A DNA stretch of 64,000 bases from Chrysomallon squamiferum (Eukaryota; Animalia; Mollusca): positions 19,716,001 through 19,780,000 of the forward strand of contig CM022665.1 of assembly GCA_012295275.1 (NCBI GenBank), read 5' to 3'. The translations under genes were made by a program, and so were the position numbers. The notes beneath the pieces are model-generated. The model was given only the letters and a program-made list of their open reading frames with translations, made no database searches and was not told the DNA's origin. This document shows, one piece after another, positions 54,501 to 64,000 of the stretch; the stretch's first letter is position 1; the number at the start of each line of letters is the position of its first letter.

Positions 54501-57500
54501 ATTATTAAGTTACATAAAGTACTGTAAATTATTATTAAGTTACGTAAAGTACTGTGAATTATTATTAAGTTACGTAAAGTACTGTGAATTATTATTAAGT
54601 TACGTAAAGTACTGTGAATTATTATTAAGTTACATAAAGTACTGTAAATTATTATTAAGTTACGTAAAGTACTGTGAATTATTATTAAGTTACGTAAAGT
54701 ACTGTGAATTATTATTAAGTTACATAAAGTACTGTAAATTATTATTAAGTTACGTAAAGTACTGTGAATTATTATTAAGTTACGTAAAGTACTGTGAATT
54801 ATTATTAAGTTACATAAAGTACTGTAAATTATTACTAAGTTATGTAAATTAATACCTGTAGGAGTACTTCTGATTTGAATGCAGAGCCACATCTCTCACA
54901 CACCAAACTCTTGAGATCTGCATGTTTTCGTTCAATGTGTTTTCTGATGTCTGTGAACGTGTAGCCAAAAAATCCACACACCCCACACTTGTAATCCTTC
55001 TGTCCATTATGTCTAAAAAAAAAAAAAAAAAAAACCTGCAACATCTAACTACAAAACAAAATTAATTAACATGTAAACAGTTACACGTGGCTGATAACAC
55101 ACAAACACACTCAAGTTTTCACTGATACCTTTTCACATGAAGTTCTTTATTCTTGATATGACGAAACTGTTTGCCACATACTTCACATGCGTGCTTTGGT
55201 TCTGCATGAATAAGCAGATGTTTTGAGATATCTGACCGTTCACAGCCTCTGCAAACAATAATAACAGTTGTCAAAAACAAGCATAAAAGCATGTTAATAA
55301 ACACTGTATTCTATATAAATTAACATATTTGCTGAATTAAAAATAGTTTTTAAATATTAATATAAATCTGTATTAGTCACCCATTGTTAAACAATGACTT
55401 GCCTCTTGTAATGTACATTATATGATTCATAGGTCATATACAACCATTAGTCTGACAAAGGTGTCATTGAAAATACTTGTTACTACATACATTTTATTGT
55501 TACATGTATGTCAGTGTTGTATACTGTATATTATTATTGTTACATGTATATCAGTGTTGTATACTGTATATTATTATTGTTACATGTATGTCAGTGTTGT
55601 ATACATCTTATTGTTACATGTATGTTAATGTTGTTACATTTTATTGTACATGTATGTTAATGTTGTTACATTTTACTGTTACATGTATCTTAGTGTTGTA
55701 TACACTTAAACTGTACCTATAATCGCAGTGAGGACATTTGAAAGGTTTCTCTGGTTCGTGTATTCGTAAGTGACGTTTCAAATGAGCTTTGCGTGTGAAC
55801 TTTTTTGAGCAGACTGTGCACTCAAAGAGAATTTCAGCTGGCATGTGAACCATCTTGATGTGCATCTTGAGTATGTACTGATCCTGAAATCAACAATCAG
55901 TAAGTCAAAATCTGAAATCACCAATCAGTAATACAATATCTGAAATCACCAACCAGTAATACAAAATCTGAAATCACCAACCAGTAATACAAAATTGGAA
56001 ATCGGAAATCAGTACAAAATCTGATATCAGAAATCAGTAATACAAAATCTGATATCACCAATCAGTAATACAAAATCTGAAATCATTGATCAGTAATACA
56101 AAATCTGATATCACCAATCAGTAATACAAAATCTGATATCACCAATCAGTAATACAAAATCTGAAATCACTGATCAGTAATAAAAAATCTGAAATCACCA
56201 ATCAGTAATACAAAATCTGATATCAGAAAACAGTAATACAAAATTTGAAATCACTGATCAGTAATACAAAATCTGAAATCACTGATCAGTAATACAAAAT
56301 CTGAAATCACTGATCAGTAATACAAAATCTGAAATCACCAATCAGTAATACAAAATCTGAAATCACCAACCAATAATACAAAGTCTGAAATCACCAGTCA
56401 GTAATACAAATCAACCCTAAACCTAACCTCACACAAAAGTATGCTTCACTACTCACCTTGAAGACTCTCCCACACATCTCGCTACTCACCTTGTAGACTT
56501 CCACATCTCACTACTCACCTTGTAGACTGCCACATGTCTCACTACTGACCTTGTAGACTCCCCCACATGTCTCACTACTCACAAATTGTAGACTGCCACA
56601 CATCTCACTACTCACCTTGTAGACTGCCACACGTCTCACTACTCACCTTGTAGACTGCCACACGTCTCACTACTCACCTTGTAGGATGCCACATGTCTCA
56701 CTACTCACCTTGTAGACTGCCACACATCTCACAACTCACCTTGTAGACTCTGCCACACATCTCACATGTACAGCCAACGACGCTGTGTCTCATCATGTGT
56801 CTCTTCATGACATAGCTGTGTTCTGCCTGGAAACCACAGACGTCGCAGTAACAACGTGGATGTGATTCCTGGAACAAGTTCAATGTTCATTTTACTTTTA
56901 TTTCTAGGCTGTGATACAAACAAAGTGTCTTGATTTTTAAAAACAAACATCATTTCCAAAGTATCATACAAACAAAATTTCCTGATTGAGATATAAGCAT
57001 GATTTCAAGACTGTAATACAAACATGATTTTCTAGATTGTAATACAAAAATGATTTTCTAGTGTCATACAAACATGATTTCTAGTCCATTATACAAACAT
57101 GATTTCTAGTCTGTAATACAAACATTTTATCAAGACTTTAGCATGGTATACTTAACAACTGAAAATGATAAATTTTAAAGAAAAGGCTAATTTACAGTAA
57201 AATATGAGAAATTTATTTTATTGTTGTTTATTATCTATGCCAAAACAGAATGAAAGCAAAAAAAAAGAAAAAGGCACCTTGAAGTGCTGATCAATGTCAT
57301 TCTTGTCGAAGCTCAGGTAGGTACAGCACTTACACTTGATCACCTGGTCCTGGTGTGTGCTCAGGTGCTCTTGATACTGGTGAGGAAAACAGGCCTGGAA
57401 ACCACACTCTGCACACTTCAGACGTTCCAAGTCTCCTTCAGATGCCTTTATCCCTGCAGTGAATAAAGAATATTAAATTTTATTATTTAATGCTTGTTGA

Positions 57501-60500
57501 AAAATATCAGCAATATAAGCAAAGAACACAGATGTGATACCTGTTAATTTATAGAAATTAATTTTTGTGTAAAACTAATTTGTTTTTTCAAATACTGTTT
57601 ATTTCTTTGTTACAGAATATTGTTTATTTGTTATTACAAAATATTATTTATTTATTATTACAAAGTATTATTTATTTGTTATTACAAAATACTGTTTAAT
57701 TATTATTACAAATTATTAATTATTATTACATTTGTTTTGGTTATTAAAAATACTGTTTATTTCTTATTGCAAAGTATTATTTATTTATTATTATAAAAGA
57801 TTATTTGTTATTATAAAATATTGTTTATTTTTATTACAAAACATTATTTATTTATTATTACACAGTATTATTTATTGTTATACCTGTACCTATATCAGTT
57901 GGTTCCGTTTTCTATGTACGTGTTTGTGGGTTGTAGTGGGTTTTTTTTAAATTGTTTTTTTTTTAATGTCAACGTGGATTTTTCTATCTGTATCAGTGTT
58001 TCTATCAACATTGGTAGGTTTGTTTTCTATTTGTATTAATGTTTATATCAACACTGCAAGTTTTGTTTTCTATCTCTGTTAGTGTTTCAGTGTTGCTGGT
58101 TGTGTTTACTACACCAGAGGTTATCTACAACCTAACAATGAAAACTGTTTTCTGTGTTTCCTTGACCCCGTTCACTATCAGAGGTCAGATGACTGAAATA
58201 AGTGAGCAGCCACCCACACACATTTTGTAAACCCATTCACAGACTCTGACCTAATCTACAGTCTGTATCTGCCTGTCAGCCACCATACAGGATGTGTACT
58301 GATAGTCTGTTTCAGAAAACTGGTCACACTGAACAGTTAGCAGACGACAATCTAAGTGTACTCTTCACGATTGGAGATTTTAACAACCCTCTGCCATACA
58401 TCTTTGATACACAATCAGTGTGGTTGTTAGTGGGAACAATTACATCTTAGATACACAGTCGTTGTCTTTTTTTTAGTGGGTTAGAGTTTTTAGTTGGTTA
58501 AGGTTTCTGAGTGGGTTAAGTTTATTAGTGGGTTAGGGTTGTCAGAGGGTTAGGGTTGTTAGTGGATTAGGGTTGTCAGAGGGTTAAGTCTGTTAGTGGA
58601 TTATGGTTATCAGAGGTTAAGGTTGTCAGAGGGTTAGGGTTGTCAGAGGGTTAAGGTTGTCAGAGGGTTAAGGTTCTTAGTGGGTTAAGATTGTAAATGG
58701 GTTAAGGTTTTTAGAGGGTTAAGGCTTTTAGTGGGTTAAGGCTTTTAGTGGGTTAAGGTTGTTAGTGGGTTAAGATTGTTAGTGGGTTAGGATTGTCAGA
58801 GGGTTATGTTTGTCAGATGGTTACGATTGTTAGTGGGTTAGGGTTGTCAGAGGGTTAGGGTTGTCAGAGGGTTAAGGTTGTCAGAGGGTTAAGGTTCTTA
58901 GTGGGTTAAGATTGTAAATGGGTTAAGGTTTTTAGAGGGTTAAGGCTTTTAGTGGGTTAAGGCTTTTAGTGGGTTAAGGTTGTTAGTGGGTTAAGATTGT
59001 AAATGGGTTAAGGTTTTTAGAGGGTTAAGGCTTTTAGTGGGTTAAGGCTTTTAGTGGGTTAAGGTTGTTAGTGGGTTAAGATTGTTAGCGGGTTAGGATT
59101 GTCAGAGGGTTATGTTTGTCAGATGGTTACGACTGTTAGTGGGTTAGGGTTGTCAGAGGGTTAGGGTTGTCAGAGGGTTAAGGTTGTTAATGGGTTACGA
59201 GTGTTAGTGGGTTAAGGTTTTCAGAGGGTTATGGCTTTTAGTGGGTTAAGGTTGTCAGAGGGTTAAGATTGTTAAAGATTGTTAGTGGGTTAAGGTTGTC
59301 AGTGGGTTAAGGTTGTAAGAGGGTTAAGATTGTTAAAGATTGTTAGTGGGTTAAGGTTGTCAGAGGGTTCGGGTTGTCAGAGGGTTAAGTTTGTTAGTGG
59401 CTTAAGATTGTCAGAGGATTAGGGTTGTTGGAAGGTTAAGGTTGTTAGTGGGTTAAGATATTTAGTCAGTTAAGATTGTCATAGGGTTACGGTTGTTAGT
59501 GGGTTAAGGTTGTCAGAGGGTTTAAATTGTCAGAGGGTTAAGGTTGTCAGAGGGTTTAAATTGTCAGAGGGTTAAGACTGTTAGTGGATTAAGGTTGTTA
59601 GTGTGTTAAGGTTGTCAGAGTGTTAAGGTTGTTAGTGGGTTAAAATTGTTAGTGGGTCAGAGTGTTAGGGTTGCCAGTGCGTTTCTTATACCCTCTGATC
59701 ACTGAGACAATCACACACAAAAACTTTTAATAAGCTACTTATTTATTAATCTTCAACAATATTTATCAGTTTATAAGAATATTCAACAATATTTATCACA
59801 CTTATAGCAATACCAGTGTTACCAATGTCACTAGTATTTATAGAAATTAACAATATTATTATTATTTAAAGAAACTATCATTATTAATATTTATAGAAAT
59901 CACCAGTATTACTAGTATTTATAGAAATGATCAAAATTATGAGTAGTTATTTAATTACCAATGTTATTAGTATTTATGAAAGAATTTACTGAAATTACCT
60001 TTAAATCCAATATTGATATGAATAACAAATCACAATGTCATCAATATTTATTTAGTTATTAATGTTATTAGTATGAAAACAGTGTAATTATATATAGTGA
60101 AAATGACATATCATTTGTGTTCTATGAATGTGACATACAAGTGATGTGAACTGAGTGTAGTAAACTTACCTATTTTCACCGGATCTTTCTTGGTCAACAT
60201 GGACAACATGTTGTCAGGTATCTGGATGATTGTTGCTTGTTTTGACAGTGCCCCTCCTTCTGACTTTTCTGAAATATCATTAATTACAAGACTGAAACAA
60301 AGTCTGATGTACATGTAAATATGATGCTCCATGTTTTTATTTTAATTTATTATTATTATTTTCTTCTTCTTCTTCTTCTTCTTAAACAAATTCAGGACAA
60401 AAGTGTTTAATGAAATGAAAGTTTTATGCATATTTAATCGTGTGTATTAGGATGCTTTATCATAACATACTATTAAAATGTACTGAGTTATATTACAATC

Positions 60501-62430
60501 TTCATCTTATAACTCCTAGAAATACCAAATAAATAAAAAAAAACATTCCACCAGTAATTTTAAACACAATTTACGGAAGTCTTGCAGTTACTGGTCATTA
60601 TATATAATACAGTATATGATGTTTGTAACATAACAGACAGCAATGCAGTGTTATGTGTAACTATGAAAATAATAGATAGCAATGTAGTGTTATGTGTAAC
60701 TATGAAAATAATAGATAGCAATGCAGTATTAGTGTAACTGAAAATAATTACATTAATACTGCATTGCTATCTGTTATTTTCATAGTTACACATAACACTG
60801 CATTGCTATCTATAAAGCAATGCAGTGTTATGTGTAACCATGAAAATAATAGATAACAATGCAATATTATGTGTAATTATGAAAATAATAGATAACAATG
60901 CAATGTTATGTTAACTATGAAAATAATAGATAGCTATGCAGTGTTATCTGTAACTATGAAAATAATTAATAGCAATGCATTGTTACATCCAAAATACAGT
61001 GTGGAATATGTCTGTTTATTGATGATTTTCATTAACATAGAAAATAACAGTTTAGCACAAATTGCCAAAATGGTACACAAAGGATACCTATACAGCTAAA
61101 ACAGATACTGCATTCCTATATTTTAATGCTAACATACCACTTCATATTCAGGACATACCAAAGCTTAAAAAACATATAACTTTGTTAAGATATGTCAGAG
61201 CAGTGCACGTAGATCATATGCCTATAATGCCTATAATATGCAGTATACAGAATCATTAAAAATGTTTGTGTGCAGTTAATAACTTTGATTCTAGACATCA
61301 AAATGTTTTAGACATAATTCAATGGTTTAGTAACAATGATATCTAGTTATAGTAGAGAAACAATATGTTTACTTAGTTATAGTGGAGTAACAATGATATA
61401 TTTATCTAGGTACAGTGGAGTAACATATGCTATATTTATCTAGTTATAGTAGAGTAACAATGATATGTTTATCTAATTATGAAGTAACAATGATATGCTT
61501 ATCTAATTCTGGAGTATCAGTGATATATTTATCTAGTTATGGTGGAGTAATGTGGTGCTAAACTTCAGAATCATATCTTACTGACTGATTTCATTATGTA
61601 CATAACAGAACATTATAAATCACACAAGAACTCTCTGTATTATCAATAAAACAAACAATTTAAAGCACAGGCCTTTCTCTGAACTGGGCTTTCAGCTTTC
61701 ATGTGTGAATGCAGAGACGTACCTAGACCTTCAACAGCTTCAGTGGCATCAACATCTGTCACAACAGTATCAGTCTGAAGAGTGGCTGGCACCAGCATGC
61801 TGCTGTCTAAAACTGGAAAAAATAAATAAAAATAAGAATAAAAAAACATTTCATGAACTGTAAAAATAAACACTATAAAAGTATTTGTTTGAACTGTTAA
61901 CTGTATGCATAAAGTATCTGAACTGTTAGCTTATGTATAAAGTATTTAAACTTGGCTGTTTTTACATGACAATATATTTAAATATATAAAGTATCTGAAC
62001 TATTAGCTGTATGTATGAAGTATCTGAATGTTAGCTGCATGTGTAAATACTTACTGGAACTGTTGGCTGTGTCTATGGTGAGAGGGGGGTTTTCAGCAGT
62101 GAAGTCTGGGGGCTTCACATCTGTTGTGTCTGTAACTTTGGGTACAATGTGAGGCAGAGTTTTTGCCTGTTGCTGAAAAGCCTGCAGACTGTGAAGACCC
62201 TGTGGAAACAGATATAAAAATTAATTTGAGAAACACTGCTATAGTATCACCTATCTGGAAGATGAATAATATGAACAATTTAACATGTTTTTGTTTTTAA
62301 CTCACCTGCAGGTTTGCCATCATCAGCGTCTGTCCATTAGCAGTGGGGATGATGACTGCAGGTATTGAATTTGTTGTTGTCTGTCCAGGAGGTGGGTAAC
62401 GCCGTGGCCGTCCACGTCCTCTTTTTACTA
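50430..62430 (-). CDS. AT-hook + C2H2 zinc-finger protein, 3' part (11 exons, ~538 aa in window; 5' end upstream of the window)
   Basis: Exons 62430-62306, 62199-62055, 61812-61723, 60268-60170, 57453-57278, 56868-56740, 55883-55717, 55248-55129, 55012-54856, 54405-54183 and 50617-50430, all GT-AG and phase-compatible in one open frame. Contains AT-hook KRGRGRPRR, eight C2H2 fingers plus one C2HC-type finger (linker HEPEKPFKC), and an acidic C-terminus. Confidence 0.9.
50670..51170. repeat. 46-bp minisatellite next to the last-exon acceptor of the ZF gene
   Basis: aattctgaaataatattattactgaaattaaaacattactaaacgt, ~11 copies. Confidence 0.9.
52231..53430 (+). mobile_element. Pogo/Tc1-mariner-like DNA transposon relic in the last intron of the ZF gene
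   Basis: TIRs GGGGAAACTGAGGAC / GTCCCCAGTTTCCCC with TA after the right end. Repeated internal motif GACCAATGAGCC occurs in both orientations. Decayed ORF start MPRKKEQKT at 52771 resembles the pogo N-terminus. Confidence 0.7.
54183..54405 (-). CDS. ZF gene penultimate exon
   Basis: TTCAG|EHQKQTCDMLMIEQALAIA...EQVDGQQVDI repeat...DGLE|GTATA. Confidence 0.88.
54488..54845. repeat. 30-bp minisatellite (~12 copies)
   Basis: aagtactgtgaattattattaagttacgta with two variants; source of the spurious ORF 54383-54892. Confidence 0.95.
54856..55012 (-). CDS. ZF gene exon (fingers 8-9)
   Basis: poly-T TAG|HNGQKDYKCGVCGFFGYTFTDIRKHIERKH...CERCGSAFKSEVLLQ|GTATT. Confidence 0.92.
55129..55248 (-). CDS. 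ZF gene exon (fingers 6-7)
   Basis: TTGCAG|GCERSDISKHLLIHAEPKHACEVCGKQFRHIKNKELHVK|GTATC. Confidence 0.92.
55717..55883 (-). CDS. ZF gene exon (fingers 4-6)
   Basis: TTTCAG|DQYILKMHIKMVH...CTVCSKKFTRKAHLKRHLRIHEPEKPFKCPHCDY|GTACA. Confidence 0.92.
55884..56410 (-). repeat. 28-bp tandem array of the 3' splice site (~18 copies)
   Basis: Sense unit ATTTTGTATTACTGATTGGTGATTTCAG; the last copy is the in-frame acceptor at 55886-55884. Confidence 0.93.
56451..56766 (-). repeat. 29-33-bp tandem array of the exon end + 5' splice site (10 copies including the exonic one)
   Basis: Sense unit GTGAGATGTGTGGCAGTCTACAAG|GTGAGTA. Confidence 0.93.
56740..56868 (-). CDS. ZF gene exon (finger 3 and start of 4)
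   Basis: TTCCAG|ESHPRCYCDVCGFQAEHSYVMKRHMMRH...CEMCGRVYK|GTGAGT. Confidence 0.9.
57278..57453 (-). CDS. ZF gene exon (fingers 1-2)
   Basis: CTGCAG|IKASEGDLERLKCAECGFQACFPHQYQEHLSTH...CKCC...HFK|GTGCC. Confidence 0.88.
58470..59680. repeat. 17-bp telomere-like (GGGTTA-containing) minisatellite, ~70 copies
   Basis: Units GGGTTA(A/G)GGTTGTCAGA / GGGTTAAGGTTGTTAGT; higher-order duplication with 221-bp offset (58631 vs 58852). Confidence 0.93.
60170..60268 (-). CDS. ZF gene exon
   Basis: TTTCAG|KSEGGALSKQATIIQIPDNMLSMLTKKDPVKI|GTAAGT. Confidence 0.8.
60635..60980. repeat. 39-bp minisatellite with an internal inverted segment
   Basis: aatgcagtgttatgtgtaactatgaaaataatagatagc; reverse-complement copy at ~60756-60812. 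Confidence 0.88.
61330..61550. repeat. ~33-bp degenerate minisatellite
   Basis: tctagttatagtggagtaacaatgatatattta-like units. Confidence 0.8.
61723..61812 (-). CDS. ZF gene exon
   Basis: TTCCAG|LDSSMLVPATLQTDTVVTDVDATEAVEGL|GTACG; an alternative in-frame AG lies 6 nt downstream. Confidence 0.75.
62055..62199 (-). CDS. ZF gene exon
   Basis: CACAG|GLHSLQAFQQQAK...DTANSS|GTAAGT; phases fit neighbours. Confidence 0.8.
62306..62430 (-). CDS. ZF gene exon (AT-hook)
   Basis: TACAG|..VKRGRGRPRRYPPPGQ...MMANLQ|GTGAG. Confidence 0.85.
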
Positions 62431-62989
62431 CTGTAAGACACACTCACACATATCACTTTACATAAACACATGTGACTTTATATAAACACATATTATTTTA
62501 CATAAACACAGTATTTTACATAAAAACATTACTTTACAAACACATGTTACTTTATATAAACACATTTTATTTTATATAAATATGTTACTTTAAATAAACC
62601 GATTACTTTACATCAATACAAGTTACTTAACACAAACATGTTACTCAACACAAATATGTATTACATATTATTACATAAAAAGGTATTAAACTATTACATA
62701 AACACATTATATATCATTATATGAACTCCCTTCACATTAGTTCATTATCACATCTACAACTATCATACACTACACAAACATATCATCATTTATAACCAAA
62801 AAACCACCAGAAAATTTTATCTTAAATATTTTATGAAAATCCACAATGAATTTTTTGGTTTTCAAAGTAAAGTAACATAACAGCTGAACAAAAATGCTTT
62901 CACACAACAGGTTTGTAATGTGCTACCCTTTGATATACAGAAAAGAACACTTTATTTCGTAAACTGAAAGGGGTTGCCCTTTAGTTTAA

Positions 62990-64000
62990 ATCCTTAAGTA
63001 CAAATCTTAGATTAAAAGCTTATATTAAAACCTTAGACTAAAGGCTTTGATTAAAGTCTTAGATTAAAAACCTTAGATTAAAACCTTAGATTAAAGCCTT
63101 AGATTAAAACTTAGATTAAAGGCTTATATTAAAGCCTTAATTAAAGCCTTAGATTAAAACTTTAAGAAAAATCTAAGTTTAAAAGCCTATATCAAAGCCT
63201 TATATTTATGCCTTCGATTTAAACCTTAGGTTAATGCTTTAGATTAAAACCTTAAGCTGTATCCTAACCAGGCACGAGCAACACGACACTATTTATATCC
63301 AAACCAGATGCCACTATGACAGTATCAGTTTTGAAACTTTGATCCACTACTGAATACAAGTTAAGCCTATCAGGGTATGTTTTAAAATGTTCTATCATCT
63401 TAATGTGTTTGTGTTTGGAGGGGGAGCTGCTCACCTTCCCCCAAGCCTGGGTAGGATTGGATCTTCCAAGAAGCTTATACCTGCATGTTATTAATAAAAC
63501 ACATACATTACTTACTAAATAAACCTAGAGTTTTCCAATATTCTTCCAGGCATCTTCTTTTCTGTTGTTATCTTCATATTTTGACAAAGAACAATCATAA
63601 AGTACTGGAAACATCTGAACAAGATGGATGAATTGTTTACCTTTGATTTTCATGAACTGGGGGACATAATCTTGTTTGTGATTGGTTAATATATTTTAGA
63701 CACTCGTGTGGTGCAACAAAAAACAGAAAAAATTCCTATCAGTATTGTGTCACACGCTGAGCTAGCTCAAACTGTCGTGCTTTATGTGTGCAGTTAGGAT
63801 GCTGCATTTGAAATCAGTGCTTTCTAAAAAAAAAATCACTTGAGTCGCAAAGCCCTGATAGGATACAGCTTTAGATTAAAACTTAAGTAAAACCCTTAGA
63901 TTAAAAGCTTACATTAAAACCTTAGATTAAAGCCTTAGATTAAAAGCTTAGATTAAAAGCTAAGATTAAAAGCTTAGGTTAAAAGCTTAAATTAATAAAA
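62990..64000. repeat. 12-13-bp satellite (TTAGATTAAAACC-like), interrupted by the Harbinger element
   Basis: Units at 62990-63254 resume at 63871-64000. Confidence 0.9.
63255..63870 (-). mobile_element. Non-autonomous PIF/Harbinger element with MADF relic
   Basis: TIRs AGCTGTATCCTAACCAGG / CCTGATAGGATACAGCT with TTA target duplication (63252-63254 and 63871-63873). Internal minus ORF 63653-63525 reads MKIKGKQFIHLVQMFPVLYDCSLSKYEDNNRKEDAWKNIGKL*, the N-terminal half of a MADF domain. Confidence 0.88.

Noticed and set aside
54383-54892. 169-aa ORF with STLRNLIIIH repeats
   Set aside because: Translation of the 30-bp intronic minisatellite
57885-58400. Possible extra ZF-gene exon (T/N/E-rich reading on the minus strand)
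   Set aside because: Frameshifts and stops, degenerate ~43-bp repeat character, and the flanking exons 60170 and 57453 already join in phase
63435-63480. AG...GT-bounded segment as next upstream ZF exon
   Set aside because: It lies inside the Harbinger element, and neither open frame ends in the phase 1 required by exon 62430

Overview
AT-rich eukaryotic (invertebrate, most likely mollusc/lophotrochozoan; inference) genomic DNA with spliceosomal introns. There are three host protein-coding genes. (1) An intronless rhodopsin-class neuropeptide GPCR of the bombesin/CCHamide/endothelin receptor family (+, ~1391-2509). (2) A complete five-exon cyclin D gene (-, 43168-47506, 287 aa, with LxCxE and the TPTDV degron). 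(3) The 3' eleven exons of an AT-hook plus nine-finger C2H2 zinc-finger gene (-, 50430-62430; 5' end outside the window). Between the GPCR and cyclin D lies a ~38 kb transposon-rich interval. It holds a young ~8.7 kb tandem amplification carrying FLYWCH/MULE transposase fragments, LINE and Gypsy-gag relics, and a possible spliced non-coding transcription unit. A pogo-like element and a clean PIF/Harbinger element (TIRs, TTA TSD, MADF relic) sit in introns of the zinc-finger gene. The most unusual observation is that most introns of the zinc-finger gene, and two introns of cyclin D, carry their own minisatellite. Several of these are tandem copies of the splice junction itself: one 856-nt intron is almost entirely ~9 extra copies of its donor site and ~18 copies of its acceptor site. 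No prokaryotic features or CRISPR arrays were found. All coordinates were read by eye, and repeat boundaries are approximate.
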